38,776 bases of DNA from the NCBI GenBank assembly GCA_012797735.1, contig JAAZOP010000036.1, forward strand, positions 1 through 38,776, in the 5' to 3' direction. Source of the stretch: Myxococcales bacterium (lineage in GTDB: Bacteria; Myxococcota_A; Polyangia; DRWM01; JAAZOP01). A program made the position numbers and the translations under genes. The notes beneath the pieces were generated by a model, which was not told the origin of the DNA, searched no databases, and saw only the letters and a program-made list of their open reading frames with translations. Shown here in pieces: positions 13,181 through 22,664 of this stretch (within the stretch, counting starts at the first letter, position 1; the number at the start of each line of letters is the position of its first letter).

Positions 13181-15340
13181 TCAGCGCAGGCCCAGCGCGG
13201 TCTCGAGGAAGGTGTAGTTGCGAACGTACTCGCGCACGGTGTCGCTGCGGCCGGTGCCGGCTCCGTGACCCACCGCGCGCTCCATGTGGAACAGGATCGG
13301 CCGGCCCGAACTGCTGGCTTCCTGGAGGCGGGCGGCGAACTTGACGGAGTGCTTCCACGAGACGCGGGTATCGCGTTCGGCGGTGGCGACGAGCGCGGCG
13401 GGGTAGGGGGTGCCGTCGCGGACGTTGTGGTAGGGGGAGTAGTCGTAGAGCCAGGCGAAGGCGTCGGGCTCGGACGGGTCGCCGTACTCCGAGATCCAGA
13501 TCTCGGCCGGGGGGAACTGGGTAAAGCGGACCATGTCGTACAGGCCGACGGACGCGACGGCGGCGCGGAAGGCGTCGGGGCAGCGGGTGAGCATCGCGCC
13601 GACGAGCAGGCCGCCGTTCGAGGCGCCGACGATCGCGAGGCGTTCGGGGGTCGTCAGGCCGGTCGTCGGCAGCCAGCGCAGGACCGCCTCGAAGTCGTCG
13701 AACACGTTGTGCTTGTTCTCGAGCATCCCGGCACGGTGCCACGCCTCGCCGAACTCCGAGCCGCCGCGCAGGACCGCCTGCGCGAAGATCCCGCCGCGCT
13801 CCATCCAGTAGAGGATGTTGCGCACGAAGCCCGGCAGCATCGGGACGTTGAAGCCGCCGTAGCCGGTGACGAGGGTCGGGCGGGGGTCGCCGGCGGCCGT
13901 GCCGGCGGGGAGGACGAGGAAGACGACGAGCGGGGTGCCGTCCCGGGAGGCGACGGTCTCGCGCCGCAGCTCGTAGCGCGACGGGTCGAAGTCGCGGCCG
14001 ACGCGGTCCAACTCGCGCAGGCCGGTCGCCGGGTCGAAGGCGTAGAGGGTCGGGGGTTGGGTGAAGGAGTCGAACTCGAAGACCACCACGTCGTCGCCGC
14101 GGTTCTCCGTCGGGCCGTCGACCGAACCGCGCGTCGGCAGTTCGATCTCGCCGCGCGGCGTTCCGTCGAGGCCGAACCGGCGCAGCCGGCTCTCGACGTT
14201 CTCGGTGAAGCGCACGACGAGGGTGTCGCCGGCGAAGGACCACGACTCGATCGTCCCTTCGCCCTCCGGCACTACCTCGACCCACGCCGCGCGGTCGGCG
14301 GGGCGGTCCAGCGGCGCGGCGACGATGCGGAACCGCGGGTGGTCCTCGTTCGTGCCGAGGTACAGGCGACCGCCGTGCACCGCGCCGGACACGAGGTGAT
14401 CGCCGCCGGCATCCACCGGCACGGGCGCGGCGTCGGGGACGGTCCGGTCGAGCAGCAGGACGTCGCTCTGCGACCAGCCGTGGAACACGTTGAGCACGAC
14501 CCAACGGTCGTCGGGCGAGACGTCGGGGGCGACGAAGTCCGTCCTCTCCGCCAGGCGGTAGACCAGCGGATCCTGTGCCGGGTCGGAGCCGAGCGCGTGG
14601 AAGAACAGGTGGGCGAAGTACGAATCGACGTTCGCGGGATCCCAGTCGGGTTCTCCTTCGCGCGGGTAGCGCGTGTAGTAGAAACCGGTCTCGTCGGCGA
14701 GCCACGACAGGCCGGTCCACTTGGTGTGCTCGATCCGCTCGGCCAGCCGTGTGTCGGTCGCGACGTCGAGCACGTGCAGCACGGAGCGTTCGTCGCCCTC
14801 GTCGGACAGGCCGTAGGCGACGTAGCGGCCGCCGGGGGACGGGAAGACCCAGTCGAGGGCCACGCGGGGGCCGAGGGCGTTGGGATCGACCAGGATCCGG
14901 GGCGCGGGGGCGTCCGGTTCGAGCACGTACAGGGCGCCCTGTTCCTGGTCGCCGTCGCGCCGGACGTAGAACGTGCGGCCGCCGGCGCGGACGGCGTCGC
15001 GGAACCAGCCGATCGACAGGAAGGCCTCTAGCCGCTCGGCGGTCGTCGGGTCGGCGTGCTCGGCGAGGTAGCGTTCGGTGAACGCCGTCTGGACCTCGAT
15101 CCAGCGCCGCGTGAGGTCATCATCGCGCTCCAGCGCGCGGAAGGGGTCGGCGACCTCGCGGCCGAAGATGGTCTCGACGACGGCTCCGGCGCGCGCCTCG
15201 GTGTTCACGGCGGCCAGGGCGGGGTCGAGCGTTCCGCCGGGGCGCGGTTCCGCCGAACCGGCGCCGCCGCACGCGATGCAGATCGCGCCCGGCAGGAAAA
15301 GGGTCCGGAGGAGGGCGGTCGAGAGGCGGATGCGGCTCAT
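13181..15340 (-). CDS. Prolyl oligopeptidase (S9A), probably exported or lipoprotein
   Basis: DPFRALE, GYGGFN, RGGSEFGEAWH, catalytic GASNGG, D in RDTRV, H in GHG. GGAGGT upstream of ATG 15340. N-terminal hydrophobic stretch ends in IAC-GG. Confidence 0.94.
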   Translation of the reverse strand: MSRIRLSTALLRTLFLPGAICIACGGAGSAEPRPGGTLDPALAAVNTEARAGAVVETIFGREVADPFRALERDDDLTRRWIEVQTAFTERYLAEHADPTTAERLEAFLSIGWFRDAVRAGGRTFYVRRDGDQEQGALYVLEPDAPAPRILVDPNALGPRVALDWVFPSPGGRYVAYGLSDEGDERSVLHVLDVATDTRLAERIEHTKWTGLSWLADETGFYYTRYPREGEPDWDPANVDSYFAHLFFHALGSDPAQDPLVYRLAERTDFVAPDVSPDDRWVVLNVFHGWSQSDVLLLDRTVPDAAPVPVDAGGDHLVSGAVHGGRLYLGTNEDHPRFRIVAAPLDRPADRAAWVEVVPEGEGTIESWSFAGDTLVVRFTENVESRLRRFGLDGTPRGEIELPTRGSVDGPTENRGDDVVVFEFDSFTQPPTLYAFDPATGLRELDRVGRDFDPSRYELRRETVASRDGTPLVVFLVLPAGTAAGDPRPTLVTGYGGFNVPMLPGFVRNILYWMERGGIFAQAVLRGGSEFGEAWHRAGMLENKHNVFDDFEAVLRWLPTTGLTTPERLAIVGASNGGLLVGAMLTRCPDAFRAAVASVGLYDMVRFTQFPPAEIWISEYGDPSEPDAFAWLYDYSPYHNVRDGTPYPAALVATAERDTRVSWKHSVKFAARLQEASSSGRPILFHMERAVGHGAGTGRSDTVREYVRNYTFLETALGLR

Positions 15341-15429
15341 GGCGTGTACCTCCATTCTGCTGGCACGGCCGGCGCCGGTCGGCTATTCTCCCACAAGTCG
15401 GGCCCCGAGGGGCGCCAGGAGAAGTCGGC

Positions 15430-17142
15430 ATGGAGAACCATCGGTGGAGCGTTCGGGGAGTGGTCGGGACGGCCGCGCTCGCGCTGCTTGCGGGAGCGCT
15501 CGTCTGGCGGTGCGGTGACGACGATTCGGTCGCCAACCCGTGCACGCAGCCGTTGTGCGAGGGCGGGAGCGAGGCGTGCTGCATTCCGGCGGTGCCGGGG
15601 ACGTGGGACCCGGCGGCGATGGTCTGCAACTGCCAGCCGCCGGTCGCCGACGCGGACGCGGACGGGGACGACGTCCCGGGTCCGGACGCGGACGGGGACG
15701 ACGTCCCGGAGACGCTGGACGACGGGGCGGTGGACGAGGGAACGGATCCGTGCTGGGAGTACCCGTGCGGGAGCACGGGCACGCGGCTGGGGAATATCCT
15801 GCCCGACACGAGCTACACGGCGGTGAACACCGCGGCCGATGCGTACCTCGGGAGCGACGGTCTGCTCGGGATGCGCGACCTGTACCAGGCGAACGAGGCC
15901 CACGGCGGGACGCTCAAGGCGGTGCTGTTCTTCGTCACTGCGGTCTGGTGTCCGTACTGCGCGGAGGAGGCGGACAAGCTGAACGCGCTGTACGAGGAGC
16001 TGCGGGACCAGGGGGTGTTGCTGGTCGGGATCGTGACGGACGGCCCCACGCCGGGACGCCCGGCGACGGCGACGGAGGCGCGGACGTACGCGTCGCGGCA
16101 CGGCTGGACGTTCCCGGCGGTGATGGGCGACGTGCCGTCGAACTACTGGCCTCCGGAGGACGTGGCCTCGGGCGAGATCGGGGTGCCGCTGCACCTGTTC
16201 GTCGATGCGCGGGAAATGCGGTTGTACGGCCGCTTCGCGGGCGCCGTCGAGATGAAGATGCCGCGCTACGCTCTGGAGGAGATCGCGACCTCGCCGCACT
16301 GGCGTTCGCCGGGGGTGCGGGAGTTCGACTTCGACTGCGCCCCGGGGACCGGCAGCGAGAGCGAGCCGAACGACGGGGAGGCGGGGTACGAGGACGGGAC
16401 CGGATTCGCCGCGACGCCGTACACGTTGACCGGCGTGTTCTGCCCGCCCACGGTGGGCGACGGCCTGCTCCTGGACGTCGATGTGGTGAACCTGGGCCGG
16501 CTCGCGGCCGGTACGGCGATCGATGTCTCGATGACCACCGCCGGGAGCTCGACGTATCCGTTCTTCGAGCTGATCCCGGGGAGCAGCGCGGGAGGGTACC
16601 CGACGATGGGGCCGTCCGCGATGGGGACGGGAGCGGCGCGGCGGCAGTGGGTGATCCTGGCGGCCGACCAGTACTTCGTCGGCGGGCTGGACGGTCGCCA
16701 GATGTCGTCGTTCTACTACGGCGAGGGGGCGACGGTGCCGTTGCGGGACCAGTGTTGCGAGGGCGGGCCCGGGTACGACTACGAGATGACGATCGCGCCG
16801 TTCACGCTGGCGCCGACGGACGGCGCGGTGACGGTGGGGACGCCGGTGTCGGGCGCGTTCGCCGACGGCAGCCTCGACGTGTACACGCTCGAGATCACCA
16901 CGAGCGAGCCGCGGACGGTGCGGATGACGGCGGGGGACACGAACCGGCTGGATCCGTTCCTGGTGATCTACGACCCGGCGACCTCGACCGTCGTCGGCTG
17001 GAACGACGACGAGGCGTCCGGGAATCTCAACTCGCTGGTCCGGTTCACGCCGACGGCCGCCGGCACGCTGTACGTCGTGGCCGGCTACTACGCCGCCGCC
17101 TTCCGCTCCTCGCCCCCGGCCTACACGATCACGGTCGAGTAG
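15430..17142 (+). CDS. Lipoprotein with a TlpA/redoxin-like thioredoxin domain (WCPYC) and C-terminal PPC-like beta-sandwich domains
   Basis: Signal peptide ending in C-GDDD; Cys-rich N-domain; VLFFVTAVWCPYC..LN.LY.E....GV..VGI; cis-Pro-like GVP; ESEPND motif; C-terminal LDPFL.IYD..NDD..NS....Y.ITV typical of PPC-like domains. Confidence 0.7.
   Translation: MENHRWSVRGVVGTAALALLAGALVWRCGDDDSVANPCTQPLCEGGSEACCIPAVPGTWDPAAMVCNCQPPVADADADGDDVPGPDADGDDVPETLDDGAVDEGTDPCWEYPCGSTGTRLGNILPDTSYTAVNTAADAYLGSDGLLGMRDLYQANEAHGGTLKAVLFFVTAVWCPYCAEEADKLNALYEELRDQGVLLVGIVTDGPTPGRPATATEARTYASRHGWTFPAVMGDVPSNYWPPEDVASGEIGVPLHLFVDAREMRLYGRFAGAVEMKMPRYALEEIATSPHWRSPGVREFDFDCAPGTGSESEPNDGEAGYEDGTGFAATPYTLTGVFCPPTVGDGLLLDVDVVNLGRLAAGTAIDVSMTTAGSSTYPFFELIPGSSAGGYPTMGPSAMGTGAARRQWVILAADQYFVGGLDGRQMSSFYYGEGATVPLRDQCCEGGPGYDYEMTIAPFTLAPTDGAVTVGTPVSGAFADGSLDVYTLEITTSEPRTVRMTAGDTNRLDPFLVIYDPATSTVVGWNDDEASGNLNSLVRFTPTAAGTLYVVAGYYAAAFRSSPPAYTITVE
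15654..15709 (+). repeat. 30-bp tandem duplication in the acidic linker (DADGDDVP x2)
   Basis: GGACGCGGACGGGGACGACGTCCCGG occurs at 15654 and at 15684. Confidence 0.9.
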
Positions 17143-17235
17143 GCGCGCCGGTCCGCCGCACCCCCGGGGTTCCGCGAAGCGGTTCCGGACAGGCCGCTCT
17201 TGACACCGGGGGGCGGCGGTGGGACACCGCCGCCC

Positions 17236-18468
17236 GTGACGTACGTCGCGGTCGCCATCTTCCTGCTCACGTACGTGCTGATCGCCACGCGGCGGCTGCG
17301 GGTGTTGCGGATCGGCCGGCCCGCCGGCGCGCTCCTCGGCGCGGTGCTGATGGTGGTGGCCGGGGTGATGAGCCCGGCGGAGTCGTACGCCGCCGTCGAT
17401 CACGCCACGGTCGTCCTGCTGTTCTGGATGATGATGCTGACGGCGTACCTGGACCGCGCGGGGTTCTTCCACCGCGCGGCCGGGGCGCTGCTGCGCCGCT
17501 GCCGGACGCCGTGGGGCCTGCTCGCGGCGACGGCGGTGCTGCCCGGGTTGTTGTCCGCGGTGCTGGTCAACGACGCGGTGTGCGTGTTCTTCACGCCGGT
17601 GGTGCTCGAACTGTGCCGGCGGGGTCGGTTGCCGTTCGGTCCGTTCCTGATCGCGCTGGCCACGTCGGCCAACATCGGCTCGGCGGCCACGCTGGTCGGC
17701 AACCCGCAGAACATGATCATCGGTTCGTTCTCGGGGTACGGGTTCGGCGAGTTCCTGCTGCGCGCCGGGCCGGCCGCCGCCGCCGGGCTGGCCGTGAACC
17801 TCGGGCTGCTGTGGGTCTACTACCACCGCAAGCTGCCGGCGCAGTTCGCGGCGGGCGTCGCCGAGGCGCAGCCCGAGGCCGCGAACGGCGGGTTGCTGCC
17901 GTCGCTGGTGGTCACGGCCGGCATCGTCGTTGGTTTCTTCGCCGGAGGGGACCTCGGGTTCACCGTGCTGGCCGGGGTCGCGCTGCTGGTGTTGTGGGAG
18001 CACGACCACGAGCCGCGGGATGTGTTGGCGCGCGTCGATTGGAGCCTGCTGGTGTTCTTCTGCGGCCTGTTCGTGGTGACCGCCGGGTTGGCCAAGACGG
18101 GGCTGGTCCGCGAGACGTGGGAGGCCGCCGCCCCGTCGTTCCACCTCGGCGACGCGCCGGGGATCGCCTCGCTCACCGGGCTGCTCGTCGCGGGCTCGAA
18201 CGTCGTCTCCAACGTGCCGATGGTCCTGTTGACCGGGCCGTACCTGGGGGCGTTGGGGAATCCCGAGTTCGGGTGGGTGCTGCTGGCCTACGTCACCACG
18301 GTGGCCGGGAACCTGACCCTGGTCGGCTCGGTGGCGAACATCATCGTGGCGGAGCGGGCGCGGGACGACTACGTCCTGGGCTTCCGCGAGTACCTCCGGT
18401 TCGGTTTCGTGTCGACGATCCTGGTCTTGGCGACCGGCGTGCCGATCCTCTGGTTGACCTGCGGGTAG
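17236..18468 (+). CDS. ArsB/NhaD/CitMHS (IT superfamily) anion permease, Lsi2-like
   Basis: IGRPAGALLGAVLMV, LVNDAVC, ATSANIGSAATLVGNPQN, SNVVSNVP, TVAGNLTLVGSVANIIVAE. Start uncertain; GTG 17236 preferred over TTG 17200. Confidence 0.88.
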   Translation: MTYVAVAIFLLTYVLIATRRLRVLRIGRPAGALLGAVLMVVAGVMSPAESYAAVDHATVVLLFWMMMLTAYLDRAGFFHRAAGALLRRCRTPWGLLAATAVLPGLLSAVLVNDAVCVFFTPVVLELCRRGRLPFGPFLIALATSANIGSAATLVGNPQNMIIGSFSGYGFGEFLLRAGPAAAAGLAVNLGLLWVYYHRKLPAQFAAGVAEAQPEAANGGLLPSLVVTAGIVVGFFAGGDLGFTVLAGVALLVLWEHDHEPRDVLARVDWSLLVFFCGLFVVTAGLAKTGLVRETWEAAAPSFHLGDAPGIASLTGLLVAGSNVVSNVPMVLLTGPYLGALGNPEFGWVLLAYVTTVAGNLTLVGSVANIIVAERARDDYVLGFREYLRFGFVSTILVLATGVPILWLTCG

Positions 18469-18517
18469 GCGGTCGGGCGGACGTCGCGGGGCGGGGCATC
18501 GAGGCGGTGGGGCGCGG

Positions 18518-20206
<1,689 letters not shown>

Positions 20207-20470
20207 GGGCAACTCCGTGGCGGCGCGGGACCGGATCCCCGCGGCGACAGCGGGAGGATCGCCGGTCGGCGGTCCGCCGTCAACGGTCGGTCCGTTCCTG
20301 CAGGGAGCAACAGAGATGTCCGGTGCATGAGCACTCGTGGATGTCCGCTCCTGCGGGCCGGCCGGGCATGCGGGCGGGAGGACCACGGCAGAGCAGCGGT
20401 TGGCCGAGGGAAATGCCGGCCCCCCGGCCGTTCTGTGCTACGGTCGGCGCCGGCGAAGGAGGGCGGCCGG

Positions 20471-21973
20471 ATGACGAGCGAGGCGGAGGCCGGGAAGTCC
20501 CCGGGGTTGTTGCGGCAGTTCCCGCGGACGTTCTGGGTTGCGAACGTGATGGAGCTGTTCGAGCGCGGGGCGTACTACGGCCTCAACGCGCTGCTCGGCC
20601 GCTACCTGACCGACCGGACCGGCGGGGCGCTCGGGTTCTCCGAGGACGAGGCGGGGCTGCTGCAGAGCGTGGTCTACGCGCTGACCTACGTGCTGCCGAT
20701 CCTGGGCGGCGCGCTGGCCGACCGCTACGGCTACCGGCGGATGCTCCTGGTCGCCTTCTCGTTCCTGGCGGCGGGCTACTTCGCCTCGGGGCAGGTCGAC
20801 GGCTACGGCGCCGTGTTCGCGATGCTGCTCGTGATGGCCACCGGCTCGGGGCTGTTCAAGCCGATCATCTCCGGGACGATCGCGCGAACGACCAACGAGC
20901 GGAACTCGGGCTTCGGCTTCGGCGTGTACTACTGGACGATCAACCTCGGGGCGCTCGTGGCGCCCTTCGTGGCCGGGCAGCTCCGGGATCGGTTCGACTG
21001 GAGCGCGGTGTTCACGGCGTCGTCGCTCTACTGCGCGGCGATGCTCCTCCCGACGATCTTCCTGTACCGCGACCCGCCGCGGCCGCCGAGCACCAAGACC
21101 CTGGGACAGGTGCTGGCCGGAGCGCTCGACGCACTGTCCGACGCGCGGTTCATGCTGCTGATCTTCGTCTACTCGTGCTTCTGGATCCTGTACTTCCAGA
21201 ACTTCGGCACGGTGCTGTGGTACCTGCGCGATTTCGTCGATCCCGCGCCGGTCAACGCCTTCTTCGCGCGTCGAGGCCTGGAGTTCCGCTTCGACGCCGA
21301 GCACGTGACGATGATCAACGCGGGGACGATCGTGCTGCTGCAGATGCTGGTGAGCCGGGTGGTCAAGAACGTCCGGCCGCTGCCGACGATGGTGGCGGGG
21401 ATCCTGATCGGCTCGCTGGGGTTCCTGTGCCTCGCCCTGTCTCGCGAAGCGTGGGTCTTCATCCTCGGCATCGCCGTGTTCTCCGTCGGCGAGATGACCT
21501 GCCACCCCAAGTACCTCGGGTACATCGGGCAGATTGCGCCGGCGGACAAGAAGGCCAACTACATGGGCTACGCCTTCCTCTACGGCGTGGTCGGCTCGCT
21601 GGTGGGGGCCAACGTGGGCGGCGAGGCGTACAGCGCGCTGCTCGCGCCGCTGAAGGGCGATCCGAACGCGGGACCGACCCTGCGCTGGTTCTGGCTCGTC
21701 TTCGCGGTGCTCGGGGTCGCCACCATGCTCGGGCTGCTGGTCTACGACCGCCTGTTCGGCCGGGACGCTCCGGAGACGCGACGCCGCGCCGGCCGGGTGG
21801 TGATGGCGATCTACGTGCTGCTGCTGGCCGGCGCGCCGGCGCTTCTGGCATGGGTCTGGTCCGTCCGGGGCGCGCTGCCGGTCAAGACCGCGATCCAGGC
21901 CGGGATCATGATCCTCCTCGGCGGCGGCGGCCTCGCGATGCTGCGCCGCGGGCGGGTCAGAGCAGGAAGCTGA
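20471..21973 (+). CDS. MFS transporter, POT/PTR2 peptide:H+ symporter family
   Basis: ELFERGAYYG (ExxERxxYY-type), GGALADRYG, GSGLFKP, YWTINLGA; SD AAGGAGG. Confidence 0.9.
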   Translation: MTSEAEAGKSPGLLRQFPRTFWVANVMELFERGAYYGLNALLGRYLTDRTGGALGFSEDEAGLLQSVVYALTYVLPILGGALADRYGYRRMLLVAFSFLAAGYFASGQVDGYGAVFAMLLVMATGSGLFKPIISGTIARTTNERNSGFGFGVYYWTINLGALVAPFVAGQLRDRFDWSAVFTASSLYCAAMLLPTIFLYRDPPRPPSTKTLGQVLAGALDALSDARFMLLIFVYSCFWILYFQNFGTVLWYLRDFVDPAPVNAFFARRGLEFRFDAEHVTMINAGTIVLLQMLVSRVVKNVRPLPTMVAGILIGSLGFLCLALSREAWVFILGIAVFSVGEMTCHPKYLGYIGQIAPADKKANYMGYAFLYGVVGSLVGANVGGEAYSALLAPLKGDPNAGPTLRWFWLVFAVLGVATMLGLLVYDRLFGRDAPETRRRAGRVVMAIYVLLLAGAPALLAWVWSVRGALPVKTAIQAGIMILLGGGGLAMLRRGRVRAGS

Positions 21974-22664
21974 AGCCGACGGCGAGGTTGAACTCGAGGC
22001 TTCGGTAGCCGAAGTAGAGGTCGTCCGGATACTCCGGACGTTCGTCGTGGTCCTGTCCGTGGAACGTCATCACCACGTCCGCCAACAGCGAGATCACGAA
22101 CCAGTCGACGAGGTCGACCCCCAGGCCGAAGCCGACCTGCAGGAACGCGCCGGCGTCGCCGGTGATGTCGTACAGTTCCCACCAGCCGTTGACGATCTCC
22201 GGCCCGAGCCCCAACCGTCCGAAGAGCCAGCCCCAATCCCACAGGCCGGCCAGGCGGGCGCCGGCGAGCATCCGCATCCGGCCGGCATCCAGGTTGTCGT
22301 CGTCGTGGCTGTACGGTCCGGAAGCGAGGGGAACATCGGGGTCCCAGACCACGTAGTCGACACCGGTCTCGGGGCCGAGCAGGCAGCGACCGTTCTCGCC
22401 GCCGACCGGGAACAGCCAGGCCAGGTGCAGTCCGCCCAGGAAGGCCGGTTCCAGGGCGTCGGCATACGGAACCGCGTCCGCGCCGTAGTCCTCGAGAACC
22501 GTTCCCGTGACGAAGGCGACGGCGGGCAGGGCCGTGCCGAGGTGCGGTTCGAGCACGACGGTCGGGACGCGCTGGATCCGGCCGGCGGCCGGCGGCGCGA
22601 CCAGCAACGCGCCCGCCGCCGCGAGCAGCGCCGCCCCGAAACCGCCGGCGTCCCGTCGCCTCAC
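21957..22664 (-). CDS. Probable outer-membrane beta-barrel protein (small, OmpA/porin-like strands)
   Basis: Signal peptide (RRR..hydrophobic..AAG); alternating amphipathic strands; terminal strand FNLAVGFSFLL. GTG start overlaps the upstream TGA (GTGA coupling). Confidence 0.6.
   Translation of the reverse strand: MRRRDAGGFGAALLAAAGALLVAPPAAGRIQRVPTVVLEPHLGTALPAVAFVTGTVLEDYGADAVPYADALEPAFLGGLHLAWLFPVGGENGRCLLGPETGVDYVVWDPDVPLASGPYSHDDDNLDAGRMRMLAGARLAGLWDWGWLFGRLGLGPEIVNGWWELYDITGDAGAFLQVGFGLGVDLVDWFVISLLADVVMTFHGQDHDERPEYPDDLYFGYRSLEFNLAVGFSFLL

Noticed and set aside
13181-15340. RiPP macrocyclase role for the prolyl oligopeptidase
   Set aside because: No precursor peptide or modification genes nearby.
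15361-15375. Second sigma54 box TGGCACGGCCGGCGC upstream of the redoxin gene
   Set aside because: GG-N10-GC spacing holds but the conserved TT before GC is absent. It could equally be a -35 paired with TATTCT at 15384; ambiguous.
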